A DNA stretch of 53,565 bases, counting the filler, from Sphacelaria rigidula (Eukaryota): the NCBI GenBank assembly GCA_964200075.2. It is 4 parts of 4 records of this genome, joined end to end, with 100 filler letters (N's around TTAATTAATTAA, not from the genome) between each part and the next. Parts side by side here need not be neighbours in the genome. Positions count along the whole stretch, not along the records: positions 26,838 to 40,151 come from CAXNAA020002970.1; positions 40,252 to 53,565 come from CAXNAA020002971.1; 2 more parts are not named here. One strand, given 5' to 3'. The notes under the pieces are model-generated. The model saw nothing but the letters and a program-made list of their open reading frames with translations, was not told the DNA's origin and did no database searches. Made by a program: the position numbers and the translations under genes. Shown here piece after piece: positions 38,401-52,111 of the stretch (the first letter of the stretch is position 1; every line of letters starts with the position of its first letter).

Positions 38401-38921
38401 GAGTGATTGACACGCCGCACGACTATTGGCCGACTGAGCAATAAGCTACGAAATACGGAACACAATGTAAACAGCACAACACCTTGAACGATTGCCCAGT
38501 ACACCGGATCTTCTTGGGTCGTCATAATTTCTTCGTCTATCGTATCGTGTCGGGTGCTATGCTGTTGTAAGGTTGCACATAGGATTTCTCAGGTTTGAAT
38601 TCTGAGGAGCCCGTTATCTCGTCTGGCTTCTTATAAAATATGAAAAACGCCACGATCAGCAATCCAATCGGTAAGGTTTACCACTTTTGGAACTCAAACC
38701 CGGGATGTCCTGACCCATATATTCCCGTGTAGCTCCGGCCTACAGGAGCTCCTCAATGAGAAGCATTTGGAGTCAATTGGCCAACCCTTACCGTGGCATG
38801 GGAGCCTGTATTGATTCTTCTTGCGTTATCTGGGGTAGTTAGCATGTGACCACGGAAGGCATCCGCATCTGATGCCCAGTGCCGAGTGTTGCGCAGATAT
38901 CGGAACGCTTATTAAGGTGAA

Positions 38922-38970
38922 GACGACGACGACGACGACAACAACAACGACGACAACAACGACAACAACA
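38922..38970. repeat. (ACG/ACA)n microsatellite
   Basis: Read directly from the sequence. Confidence 0.9.
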
Positions 38971-40151
38971 TGCTTCAAAACCAAGTCTATATTCAATGTC
39001 CCCCCTTTTTTGCCAAACTGGGGTAAACTCTACTGGGAACAGCGGGAGTCGGGAGCTGTTACGCGGCGTCAGCATGGACAATGTTGGGTTGCAAACGTTC
39101 CGAGATTCATATGAGTATCATTACTAGCATGTTCAAGGTGTTTACGGTAAGGTGTATCCTCGGGTATCCTGGGTTTGCACTCGGGTAACATGGGTCCATG
39201 TTCAACACCCGAGGGGAACTCTGGACGAGTAATGGGTGTTTTCGGTCGTCAATACAGTGAGTGCCGTGGAGTACCGCGTGCTTCACAACGGGTTCTCGGC
39301 ACTGTACGCTTCCCCAACCATCTTGTTAGATTTTGGTGCGTTTGCACTCTCACCGAAAGGAGATGAGAAGTTTGTAACAAGATCGAATGGAGGACGTACA
39401 AAACATTTTCGTACCCCCTGAGAAGACCATTTCTTACGGGGGTTCTGTGTCTGGTTGAGTTCTTCAGTTTAGGGATATTTGGCCCAGTATTTTGCTCCCG
39501 AACAGGGAAGATCGCAATCCCATGTTTTGAACGCTCTGCATCACCCCACCGAGCGGAGTCTAGCCCACTCTTTCGATTCGCGTTGCATACAACACATGAT
39601 AGCTGGTTTCAGATAGCATGAAGCACCTCATACAAGCGAGATTGACGCGGGAGTTCCCAGCTGCTCGGTGTGCTTGGCTTGTGTCATTTTGATTTCCACG
39701 TAGATTTTGCCTCCTCAAACTGACCACTTTTCTACGGGGGGGGCACGGCATCAGTCCACAAAAACATCCAACCAAAAAGAACCAACCGTAAGAAACGGTC
39801 TTGGACAGGAGCGGTCTCGGACCTTTTCTCGCAGTCGTGGGCGTATTCTGCACGTTTGGGATATTTGACACGGCTTTTGGCTCCCAAACAGGGAATATCA
39901 CTATTACACGTCTTCGACATTTTGCATCGCCCCACCGAAAGGTACGTAGCCCACGTTTCTGATTCGCTTACATCCGGGGATCCGACAACAGCCTCTGGAC
40001 AAAAAAGCGGTATCTGCAAGAATTTTCACGCGCTCCCTACGGTTGTTGCTCTTCTTCGGGAAGGGGTGTACCCATGATCATGCATGCATAGTCATAAGAC
40101 CATTGCCTCGCATCCCTACAATGCCGGGACGGAGCAGGCCGGGTTTTCGCC

Positions 40152-40251
40152 NNNNNNNNNNNNNNNNNNNNNNNNNNNNNNNNNNNNNNNNNNNNTTAAT
40201 TAATTAANNNNNNNNNNNNNNNNNNNNNNNNNNNNNNNNNNNNNNNNNNNN
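40152..40251. other. Artificial scaffold linker
   Basis: Same 100-nt structure as 13321-13420. Confidence 0.95.
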
Positions 40252-42471
40252 CACGAAACCAGCTTTAACGGCAGTTATGATCATCGCCTCCGTGCACGTT
40301 TTTGGCCGGTTTGGGGGGGGTTATCTCGGCAGCAGTCGCTAGTATGGCGTGTGGTAGTTGTCAATAGCTACCAGAAAGTATAGAAAAAGAAATAGGACCA
40401 TATTTCCAAGATTTGGTGTGGATTCGACGGTTTGAATTCTCCGGGATTTTTATCCTCGATACAGATCCATCCAAGATCCATCCCCAATTTAATTAGATCC
40501 CCGTGTTCCGTGCGGAGTACTGCTGTTGTAGAGTCGTCATATTGTCATAGGGGCTGCTGGGTTTTCAATCGAAGCCGGGGATAGTAAAGCATCATCCCCG
40601 CGTGTGTCGTTTCCAGCAGCCGGTGCGAAATATACAATATTCATGTTTGTACCCTGTCCCCTATTTTTGAACAATTCAGACTGATTTTCATGACGAGGGG
40701 GCTTTCGAAGTGGGGCAAGACGAAGGAACCGGTTCGCTCGTGTATGATGGATCGGAGTTCGAGCAAACCATGCGAATATTGGACGGGGTGGCGACGGCGG
40801 CAGCACCGGCTGCGCCTGTGCTTAAAGCGTCTTGATCGATCACTCTGCCCCATTCATTTGGGATTCGTCCTTCGGACGAGCGATCACACTGGCACTCGAT
40901 CATCGAGTCAAGGGCACGTGTAGTTGTGCATAATGACCAAAGGAGGGGATGGCCAACGGGCACGTCGGGTACAACAGGGAATAGGTTGTTGAAGGTGTCG
41001 GTAGTGGAACGTTTCTCGTTGACGGCGATGGACGTTTTTTATTTGCTCGTCGGCCATCGCGCACCATACGAGCGACGTCTTTCCTCACGTAGGCGTCCTG
41101 TCTCGGGTAAACCCTAACGAGAGAGCGTTTTACTCTGTCCGGTGTGGTAGCTTCAGCTCGTCACATTCCGCCCCACAGCCATGACTACAAGTCCGGGAGT
41201 AGTTTCGGAAACGCAAGCCGACACCTGTACGAACGCCGTGACCGATTTTTCCATCATGTGTGACGGAGACAGGCAGCTGCTTGGCGTTTTTTTCCCTCGC
41301 GGGTTGGGCGCATGAGATGGACGACTGCTTTGTATCGTGTGCGGGACTCACTTTTCACGTGGATATAGTATGCTACATGATTGTCATCAACACGATTCAA
41401 ATATCGTTTCCCTCTTGTCTTCCCTCATTTGTGGCATTCTTCTCCTCATCTGCATTTGTGGATAATATTTTTCTCTCCTCACTACTGGCGGGCCGCACTT
41501 GTCGTGTAAGCATGACAAACATACTCGCCTTTGTGGGGCACGAGGTGATCGGGTGCATTATTAACCGGTAGTGGGGTACTCGTCTTAGCTGGTGAAATAT
41601 ATCTAGAATGTCCGAATGACGGTACGAATTACCGCGCAAATATCTGAAGCGTCGTCAATGTAAAACAATCATGTATGGTGTGTCAACCAGGGGAGGGTGT
41701 CTTCTTACCCATAGTTTTGTCGGTAATGCTTGGTGAGTCAACCCGGGCAATTGTGCTGTATCCGTGCGTAGAAGTGAGATCGGGACCAATTCGGATGTGA
41801 AATCTAAATCTCAAGGTATACGTGTGGAACGTCCACCGTTCTCGTGCACACCGTGGTGTTGGTGTTGGTGCGACACACGAGAGATATGTTCGATTCTTTT
41901 TAGTGCAAAACGACGGTATCGACATGTACTTGTTTTCGACGGATCGGGAGATCGCCCCTACCCAAGACAAACAGCACATACGCAAAAAAAAGCGCCTGGT
42001 AACCATCGGCCTATATGCTCCGGAATGGAGTACACTGTTGTGACACGGGATCGCGGGACCACTCGACCCCATACGGTCAAATCGGCTGATGATCGAAACA
42101 CGATGGCGACACATCATCACGCCGGGTAATCAGCCGACGCTCCAATCCAATTTGTTCATGTCACCGGCAAATAAACGTGGAGTTCTGTTCGGGTGGGACT
42201 ATCCTCATTATACTGAGCGACGCCAGTGGTATCCCCACCAGTACACACAGCTGGCAAAATACGCGCATCAAGTGCACGGCACGTTTTCCCGCCAAGATAT
42301 TCCCCGACAGTACCCTACTCCTTCGAACGTCAGCGCATGGCAACTCGAGTCCACCAGAGCTCATCACGAAAAATATTATCCACATACAACTAAATTTCAT
42401 CCGCGGGCCATCAGCGAACAACTGAATGTTTACACGGTCTACGCAGCTACGATCATCTTGTTCCGGCGAGC

Positions 42472-45400
42472 TCATCCCAGTATGTTCGCCGGGCTAACGA
42501 GCTCCTGCACAAGCATGCCCGCAATGCCAATCATCTGAAAACAACAGGGTGATTGACGGGACGGGGGGAGGCACACAAGAGGAAGGGTGAGTGGTTTACT
42601 CGTCATTTACTAGCGGACCCAACCTGGTGTTGGACCTATGCGTCCCAAGGTCACATTTCTGCCTATAAATACCCTATTTCTTTCGTTGAGCACAACACCG
42701 ATCGTTCAACAATCGACTCGCTCTTTTCAAAGTGTCACGGGGAAAAGAGATTGTACAGTCGCCAACACTTTTGATCGTACGCCGAAATTCAATCATCATT
42801 GCTGATTCCGCGAACACAGGTTCCTTAGTGAATATTGAATGGCCTCATGATGCACCCATAAGGTATCCAGGCCTTTGAACATGGTGACACGCAACATCAA
42901 ACTCACCGCCAAGCGTCCGTTGTTGAGCTCCTTCGTCTGCATGGTGGCTAGACCCTCGTCGTCCTTAGGCATGAGGCCGAGGGGGTCGAACCCGAGATCT
43001 CCCGGCATGTAGTCCTCCTTCAACCCAGCCTCGCCGGTCATCGATGCCGGCTCCGCGAATGCAGTAGTGATCTGGTTGTACTCGATGAAAGCGATGCCCA
43101 GAAGAGCCGCCACCCAGAACTGTCCAGTGTAACGGGAGTAGCGGGTCAGTCACGGGAGCGAGCACATCAAGTGCAGTATTTTTGGGTGGCGCGGACGGTG
43201 CGCCAGAGGCGATTTGTTCACACTTCATCCTGAAACCTTTCGGGCGGTTGAAACACTCGTTCAAACGCGCGCTGGAAGGCCTGCTCTCTGCTGGGCACTC
43301 GACTGTCACCATGACACAGGAGTATCAGGTGGTCTCTGTTGGCAGATTTTCCTCGAGGAAAATCGGATCCAACCTTGTTGTAACGAATCGTCACCGTTAT
43401 CGACAATCAGTACACTCAGGACAGCTGCGATATGTCCACAGACACGTGGCTCGCGTAGTACCCCCACGGGCTTTTTTTTGAGCGAAACGGGGTTTCGTGG
43501 CCTACGCTCCCGAGGATGGATACATCTCGAACTTATATGAGCACCTTTCAACAACGAGGGTCCAGTCACCTGTGGGAACTGCGCGGTGATTTCCTGGAAG
43601 TGATCCACCGCAGGACCGATGTAGTCCGGGCCCATGAAGAGAGGGTGGAACGACTGAAAATAAACACACGCAGCGAGAGGGTGCGCAGTATAAACAATCA
43701 GTGGAAAACATCCGGGCACGCTCTCGAGATACCACATTGCGGATACGGTTTTCTGTGCACCCTGCATACTCTACCCGATAGTTTCTGTGAGTTTTGTGAG
43801 CCTCCCACATCCGTACCAGGAGCGCGGGCATGCTTCTGAGGAATACCGTGATTAGTGGTCATCGCACACCCCTGGACCGAATTTTAAAGCTCGATTACTT
43901 CACCCAAAGAGCAGTTTGAGAAGGGTGACGCTGGAGAGAACTCGTCGATGGCTGTCCGAAAACGCGTCCTTTGATTATTATCATAATTATTCCCGCACAT
44001 TAGTCCGATCTCGCGAACCCATGGTAACAGACGTGGGCTTGCCTTTCCAATACCGTCCCTACTTTTCCTCACCAGATACGTCACCAAAATAAAGAAAAAG
44101 AGGAAGAGCGACGCCACGAAGACCGGTAAGAAGTTGCTCCCCCGAGCTCGGAAATTCGGTCCAGGAGCATGCGATGACTCGCACAATTAGAATTACCCGA
44201 TTGCCAGTACCGATTTTCTGCAGGCCTTCCATGCCGTACCCGACAAGTTCTGTAATTTTTCCAAGGCTTCAGTCCAGTACCGGTACCCGACAGTTCTACG
44301 AGCTCTGTGAGCCTCCCATACCCCTACTCGGGGCTCGTGTACACCGTTTTTCATATACCCGATTGCAGGTATGAGCACAGGTACATAGCTCGGGGAGGTA
44401 CGGATAAAGGTTCGATTCAGACACAATCTTACGATCACCCCACCCGACTCCCACAACTCAATAATGCACACCAACGATACTCGATGTTGGAAAGTTCCTT
44501 AGTTCGGGGTCCAACGGGATACGAGGTACTGCTGAGGGGAAACACGAAACATGATCAGCCCTGCAGACCGTCAGGATGGCTCATCCCCAAACTCGATTCA
44601 TCCGCGCCACCAAAGGATGAAGTAGCAAGACGCACATCATCGACAGATGGTGGTTGTGTCGTGGTCATCAAATCCTAGCCCGTGATCTGCATGTACAGCA
44701 TGGAGAATGAACTGCCAAAGTCGTCAAGACTGATGATGATACACCTGATTTTCTTCATGATTTTCCCGTTTCATTTGTTGGGGTGGGGTATCATCCTTGT
44801 TTTCATCTCACTGCTGCTCCGAAAATGTCTGAGATGCTTCACCTTCCAACTGCGAAGAGAACTGTCGAATGGGGCTGTTCGTGTAGAGTAATACTTTTTT
44901 CACGGTAAAAGACCATCGCTTTTTACTTCTCGATGTTTTCGGTAAATCTCGGTTGTTTTTCACGAGTATATCCATCCAAGTTTTTTTTTCGACGTGGACG
45001 TCAATCTGCAGTGCCGCAATACGACAGACGACCGCTGCCCTTGCTCATAGAATGTATCTGTTAGGCTCTGTATCGTCGCGAGGCACCACACGTGGAGATA
45101 ATTTTTCAGACGCTGTTTTGTCTTCCTGCTACCGTCAACGTAAGATGTAAGATGCCCACATGTTGGATGCTTCTGTCGACACTGTCAACCCATACATACG
45201 AGTATCAACCCTGAGTCAATCACCAGGACTCTCACCTCCGCAACGAGGACACCTAGTGCCGCAAGCATGGACACACGGCCATGCTTGATCTCCGCCTCGC
45301 GCCAACGCTTGATGTCTCCGGGATCCGCACCTTCGGACAGGCCGAGGGGGTCGAAGATCTTGCCATCGCCGAACGGTGCTCCTGGCAGAGTCGCAACGTA

Positions 45401-45547
45401 GTCGGATCCCGCGCTCATGCTCACGCTGGAGGACGACGCAGCGGCAGGGCGAGCCACACGCAGAGGGGCCGTGGGCACGACGAATGCTGCGGAGGAGGCC
45501 ACCATGGCGGAGACCGAGGAAAGGAACATCTGGGTGGAGGTCTTCAT
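42472..45547 (-). CDS. LHCX: Light-harvesting complex protein, LHCX/LI818 (LHCSR-like) clade, copy A, 223 aa, 4 exons
   Basis: Exons 45547-45236, 43653-43570, 43119-42907, 42534-42472 (TGA), all GT-AG and phase 0. Motifs [31 protein letters not shown] (LI818-type), [11 protein letters not shown] and [10 protein letters not shown]. The N-terminus has a signal peptide plus an ASAFAP-like cleavage site (SAA-FVVP). Confidence 0.95.
44195..44380. repeat. Intronic repeat family (TACCCGACAGTTCT subrepeats)
   Basis: Related pieces lie at about 43740-43830 and, reverse-complemented, at about 48705-48900. Confidence 0.5.
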
Positions 45548-46467
45548 GGTGCTGGGATAACGTTAGTGGTGTAGAAGTATGCAGGTGATCACGAGGGAAA
45601 ACGGAGTAGAAGTGTTATGAGTGAATGTTAGGCGGAGGACGGATGATGATTGATCCTCTCGTACGTCAAAGGTTGATCGCAGAAAACACGTGTAGTCAGG
45701 CGATCGTAGCATGACTCATGAATAGTCGTGCAGTCAGCACGCAACTAACGACATTTTGAATTTTCCTAAATCCTTAGATATGCACAAAGCCTGTATTCTA
45801 TAATTATTCCGCCTGATAACACGTATGAATACGTATGAGTACGACGTAGCTTATTTACGTTTGGATTTGCGGTTTGTAACCATTACATAGTACAGGCACA
45901 TATTTGGCGGTATGGTCGTGCAGTCCCAAAATAATTCGTTGTGTACTGATTGTACGGTATGCTGCCAGCATTTACCGTGGACCCCACGTTTTACTGTAAT
46001 GGACGGTTTGACGGAACGTATGTAAGCCACTCGAACCCACTACTTATTTCTTCATCATTTATTTATGTACACACATGCGTCGCCTCTCAGCGACATGCCA
46101 CCGTACCGTCACTGACCGTTCAGACCTCATCACTGCGGCGCGTTTTTGGGAATATATGAAGAAGAAAGAGACGCCGGCATGTATCTCATGTGTATTTTCC
46201 CCTCAAGCAGAACATATTTGAATTTGAAAAAGGGTGACGCGCATGTTGACTTTATTTTTTCATTGACGCATACTGCACTTGCTGACGACTGTACCGTCAC
46301 TGACGATGATGTTTTGTGAGTTACGCCGCACCTTCCAGATCGACCGTTCCGGTGTCCTCTGGTGCCCTGTACCACACTGCGCCCACCCGCACTCTACTTT
46401 CTCCTCCCTTTCCTTGCAAGTCTACCTCATCCTGCATCAATAACCGACCCCACCCTTATACAGCACC
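45548..46467. promoter_or_regulatory. Shared bidirectional upstream region of the two LHCX genes
   Basis: 920 bp between the two divergent ATGs. It contains TGACGT (minus strand, 45663-45668), CACGTG (45687-45692), CATGACTCATG (45710-45720) and TGACG at 46235, 46264, 46283 and 46301. Function is inferred from position only. Confidence 0.6.
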
Positions 46468-49400
46468 ATGAAGACCTCCACCCAGATGTTCCTTTCCTCG
46501 GTCTCCGCCATGGTGGCCTCCTCCGCAGCATTCGTCGTGCCCACGCCCCCCCTGCGTGTGGCTCGCCCTGCCGCCGCGTCGTCCTCCAGCGTGAGCATGA
46601 GCGCGGGATCCGACTACGTTGCGACTCTGCCAGGAGCACCGTTCGGCGATGGCAAGATCTTCGACCCCCTCGGCCTGTCCGAAGGTGCGGATCCCGGAGA
46701 CATCAAGCGTTGGCGCGAGGCGGAGATCAAGCATGGCCGTGTGTCCATGCTTGCGGCACTAGGTGTCCTCGTTGCGGAGGTGAGAATGAGGGGGGAAAGG
46801 GTTGGAATCGTGTCGTCTAGTGTGCAGACAGGTGTAACGCGTTTTGTTTGTCTCGCCGTCGCCCCTGTCAGCAATGATTCTCAAACCCCATAGAGTTGGG
46901 TGTGATCGTGAGGAGGGGGCAGCAGATAGGTGAAAATATGATCATGTAAGCATTCTGTATTGTAATGGTGTTCTCCGCAGCAACCGCCCAAATTCATTCA
47001 CGGTTACAGCGACAGCTGATCTCGTCCCCACGCTGAACAAATGGTCACTCCGAGCGACCAGCCACAGACGGCATTGCAGCTACAGTTTTGACTCGTGTTT
47101 GCATCTCATATTTTGAAAAGGCGGTCAGTGTAAAGTAACAGAGCCAACTCTATGAATCACCACTCCGCGTGATGAGCCACACAGGTCCTTGCAGCACAAC
47201 AGTGCTGACCCGCGTTTGAACCCATCTTGTGAACAGCCGGTGTACATCGGCAAAACCAATTTTACAAGCCCTGTCATTTGCTTACAGTCGAGACCAACGA
47301 CGTCCTAATGCATGCAACCCTTGACCTGCACGTGCAACACGCTGTTTCGCGCTCTCCCTATATTTCGTATACATGCTCCGGTCTTCCGTATCCTCTAGTC
47401 GTTTCATCCCCTGTTCATGGGCCCGGACTACATCGGCCCTGCGGTAGACCACTTCCAGGAGATCACGGCGCAATTCCCTCAGGTGAGCAACTAGAGCTGC
47501 TGTACTTCGATCATGTCCCAACGTAAAGTAGTGACATGCACTATTCATAGTCGCGATCGAAACCAAAACGAGCTGGGCCAGTCTACATGAACATCGAAGC
47601 TCCTACAGCTATATATAGACACGGACGAATTGGGCCTTCATCCACAGATCAGCCCAGACTTGGTACTTGCACTCTGCTTCAACAACCCGCACTAATTTTT
47701 CCTGTTGATGGAACGCCGTGCCGAGTACCACGTAGCCGTACGAAGATGGGATCCTACAGTAGGTGTGGAACCCCAAGAAAAATGTACAGCGAATGATGGA
47801 ATGAGTGTAGCAGGGGAACGATCGATACCCAACACCGTCACCCTATTTGTAATGAACCAAGTGTCCCTGTGACCAAGCGATTACTCGCGTAAAATGTTGT
47901 ACCGCAAGTACCAAAACTGGCCTGATGAAGTACGTGCAAAATAAACACTAGTCTGAGTCGCCCAATTTCAATTTTGGTCTGAAGCATCAGCGGGATACAT
48001 TGAAATATGCCCTTGCAATTGGGTGGAAGCACCACACAGGTGCGTTTCTTAGCCCACTCCCCCAACCCCCCCCACTCTCCTTCGGACACGACGAAATTAA
48101 ACGGAAGGAATCGTACAACAGCTCGCGGATTCTCTTGCGATCACGCCGGCCGTTCAGGGTGAAACATGGGTTGATCTCTTCGACGACCATCGTCTCTTGT
48201 GCCTGCCCCTTCATCGTTTACCGTTGCTCGATAGTTCTGGGTGGCGGCTCTTTTGGGCATCGCTTTCATCGAGTACAACCAGATCACCACCGCGTTTGCG
48301 GAGCCCGGATCAATGACCGGTGAGGCTGGTTTGAAGGAGGACTACATGCCGGGAGATCTCGGGTTCGACCCCCTCGGCCTCATGCCGAAGGACGACGAGG
48401 GTCTAGCCACCATGCAGACGAAGGAGCTCAACAATGGGCGCTTGGCGGTGAGTTTGATGTTGCGTACCGAATTTTACTAATTCTCTCGTCGGCCGTAATC
48501 GTGTAGCCGCTTGAGGAAGGCGAGACTAACGAACATTGTTCGTGTCCCAACATACATACATACGTTTGCCGAAGCGTGGTTGCCCTGGCGTCACTGGAAC
48601 ACAGCGAAATAGCCTCGGCCGTCTTTATGTGTGGTACGGGTATATCGTATGGAGTATGGGATTTCTTACAGATCTTTTGGAGTGTCGCATACCGATTCGA
48701 AATTGCAACAGAAGTTGCATAACTTGTCGGGTGCTGTACGGGAGGCCTACATGAAACCGTACTGGCAATCGCTTACTTCTTGAAGGCATTCTCGCACTCC
48801 GGGTACCGGCACAGGTCACCTACAGAACTCACGGAACTGTCGGGAAAGGACATAAAAGTAGTACACAACACGGAAACTGTCGAACAGGGTGTAGAAGCTG
48901 CCCCAAAACCAGGCATATTTTCAATGGCACACGCTGCTTCCGGCAACGGGACGGGAGGCTTACTTAACTCACATGAAACTTTTGAGTGAGGGTGAAAAGA
49001 TATTCCATCTTCGGTACTCGATAAAGTCGTCTGGTACCGGAATGAAAGTGGCGGGTACGGCGAGTACCCGGGGAAAAACCGCGGGAATACAGAAAACCGT
49101 ACCCCACAGAAGGTGAGGTCAAGATCATCCCTTGGGTGTACCGGGGCAAAAGTACAGCTACGGAACTGTCAACCTCAACCTCATGTGGACCGTAAGCACA
49201 GTCAGGGGAGATGCCAAAAAGCGTCTTAGGTAGGAGATGATCATGTGCGCACGATGCTGATACATGAACCGACAGCTAAAGTTGGGAAAAGGTATGGGGA
49301 CAGATCAGGCTTGGCCCCGAGCCTTGAGGCAAAGGCTACTAAATCTTTATCCGTGATGGAATCTGGACGGCAGTTCCTTGCGAGAGCCGGCGATCTGTAG

Positions 49401-49766
49401 AAAAGAAAGGACCGCGAGCATGTCGCAGACAACCAAGACCCAGAGCAGGACCAGTCGTTGATGTGATACCAGTCGTCCTGGGCACTAGCGCAGCAACACA
49501 CACTTCATGTCCATTCCCGAATCATGTAAGAGGCGACTCTGCTTCTCAACTGGTTTCTTGCCAATTTCTCACGCTGCTTTTTCTCACGAATTACTTCCGC
49601 GCACTCCTCCAATTACTTACGACGCAGCAGTCACAGTTTCTCACCAATTACTTACAACGTACCGCTGACCCTCATTTCATGTTTCTCTGCGCTCGTGTCG
49701 CAGATGATCGGCATCGCAGGCATGCTGGTGCAAGAACTCGTCAGCCCGACCAACATCCTTGGCTGA
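46468..49766 (+). CDS. LHCX: Light-harvesting complex protein, LHCX/LI818 (LHCSR-like) clade, copy B, 223 aa, 4 exons
   Basis: Exons 46468-46779, 47399-47482, 48235-48447, 49704-49766 (TGA). Exon lengths (312/84/213/63) are identical to copy A, and the protein differs from copy A at 3 residues. Confidence 0.95.
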
Positions 49767-52078
49767 GCGGTCTGGACTTTCGGATGCGTTGGACGTTGTA
49801 CGAGGTCTCGAATATGGGCGTGTAACTAATATAGACGAATGTAGAGATGCTGGAGAAAAAAAGGGTGGAGAAATGCAGCCTGCAAGAGGTGGCACCTGGT
49901 TGCCGTGGTGAAGTTGGATGTGTTACTAGAAGTTTGGAATTGCGTGAAATCGTTCTGTTGTGGACGACACTAGTGGGTGTGCGTGTATCGACAAGTCATG
50001 CCGTGAAGTCTCGGGCGAGGGCAGTTTTGAAGTACAGGTGGAAGCATGATTGTTCACCTACTGCCCGAAGGGCAGGAAGCGCACAAATCTCATTGTACCG
50101 TACGAGCCAATGACGTTCTCGTATTATCTTTCTTACACCTAGGATTGTTGAACAGTTTCCCCGTACATTGTATCCTCTACGCGACATGGCGATAACGATC
50201 GAACCCGAGAATTTCCTTCATGGAAAAAAGGCGGTCAAAACGAGAGAGAGTCGAGCATGGGCTGTACTGAAGCCAAGTTGAAGACGCCACGTGTCCCGGT
50301 AATTGTGGGATAACTCATTGCTTGTCGCGTTGTTTGATTTACTTCTAATTTGATCCTGTTGGAAGTTCTCGCAACTGAGTCCCCATACATGGTACACACT
50401 GGTGTGGATCCTCATGGAACGTTTCGAAACCCTCCCACCATCGTGCGAGTCAGTATGACCGAACTCCCATTATTCCTCCATGTGGAGGAAATACGGACAT
50501 GAATGCCCCCACACGCGGTAATGCGTTGTTTTGGCCGGTCGCCGCGGTGACTCATGATCGTAATTGGTAACATACCGATCACGTGACGAGCGGGATGCAG
50601 ATTGTATCCCCGGTGGAAACTCGCGATAAGCACGATCCGGGCTCCACCGTCCCATCTTTCGTCAGCGGGCAGACGGCGTTTGGAAACGAGTGATGCTTTC
50701 CGCGTTTTCATGAATCTGTCCCTGAGCTGAGCATTGCGGGAGTTGGAAGAGGAGGGTCGTCATCACACCGCCCTCTAGCCTGGTGCAAACCCATGGGTTA
50801 TGGCTGGTGTAGGCCTTTGACGTGCGGGAGATCCTCCGTTAGTTGCCCGTGTCAGCGGCGCGCCGATCACCGCTCCCCCCACTCCGCGCTCGTCCTTGTA
50901 TCACCGATAACAGTCTACCGGTGTAATCTCGTGTACTGCAGTATTCCACTCGTCTGCACGGTCAAATGCTTGATGGGGTCCGTCGGGCACCATACAATTT
51001 ACTTTCTAGTAGATACCAGTCCTTCCAGTAGTGAAGGATGGCCCCACATTGTTTCTTTCGTCCCCACTACTCTTCGCCAAAGGGGGTGGGTACTAAATGA
51101 TCTTCGACTTGGTCTTTGTCCACAAACTTCACATGCATCTATTTCGCGAAGGAGCACCATTCCTGCTCCTAGTAGGAACACCTAGATAGTTCGGCACCCA
51201 CTACGGTCGTTCCATAACGCTACTCGCAACCTCTTAAATATCTCACCCCCTTCCTGATGTGCCCAGCTCCGTCTCGAAAGCGATGCGTGGTCAACAGTCC
51301 TGCATGCGTTCTACTCTTTGTCGCTTCGCCATATTATAATCAGTTCCTCGTGAAACTCGACCGCTGGTATTGCGGGGCAGGGCTACGGCGGTATGATTCG
51401 ATCATATGTCACGGATGGATCGGGAGGTGGTATATGCGTTCTCTGCTCCTGCTTATAAATGGCGGGGTGTTTTCAGATTTCGCACAGTACTTCTATAATG
51501 TCCGGAGGGTTGAGAGCGTCTCGTTCACAGACCAATCTTGCCCCCCCCCCCGCCCGGCATGAGCAAAATAAGGATGAAGGAAATCCAGATGATTTCCGTG
51601 TCACGTTGTAGGGAATGTATATAAAGCCAGACCGCTTCATACATTTTTTCCTTCTTCCAACATTTGGGACATTTAACATAGTATGTGGCCCCCAAACGGC
51701 GAATGATGCCATCACTCGTCTTGGACCCTTTGCGTGACTCTACCAAAAAGGACCTAGCCCACTTCCGCGATCCGCTCGGCTCTGGGGTTTCGAGAATGAC
51801 GTCTGAACAAAATTTGTCTCAGACACGAGAAAATGGAGCTCCATGTGTAAATATTACTCCTATAAAATTACTACAAAAATCTGCAAACATTGTATTTCTT
51901 CATGTTCAATCGGAATTTTGTTCAGGGACCATTTTCGAAATAGAGGAGCGGAGCAAACCAGAAAGGGAGACGAGACTCCTCGCGATGGGGTGATGGGAAG
52001 TGTCTACGACATGTAATGGTGATATTCCCTATCTGGGAGTCTCAAACTGGATCACGCTCTCAAACTGAAAAATACGTC

Positions 52079-52111
<33 letters not shown>

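Noticed and set aside
45281-45588. Antisense ORFs over LHCX exon 1 (also 46427-46734)
   Set aside because: They are shadow ORFs of GC-rich coding sequence, duplicated only because the exon is duplicated.
1910-49766. Functional cluster linking choline kinase, Pmp-like and LHCX genes
   Set aside because: The genes lie on different pieces joined by artificial linkers.
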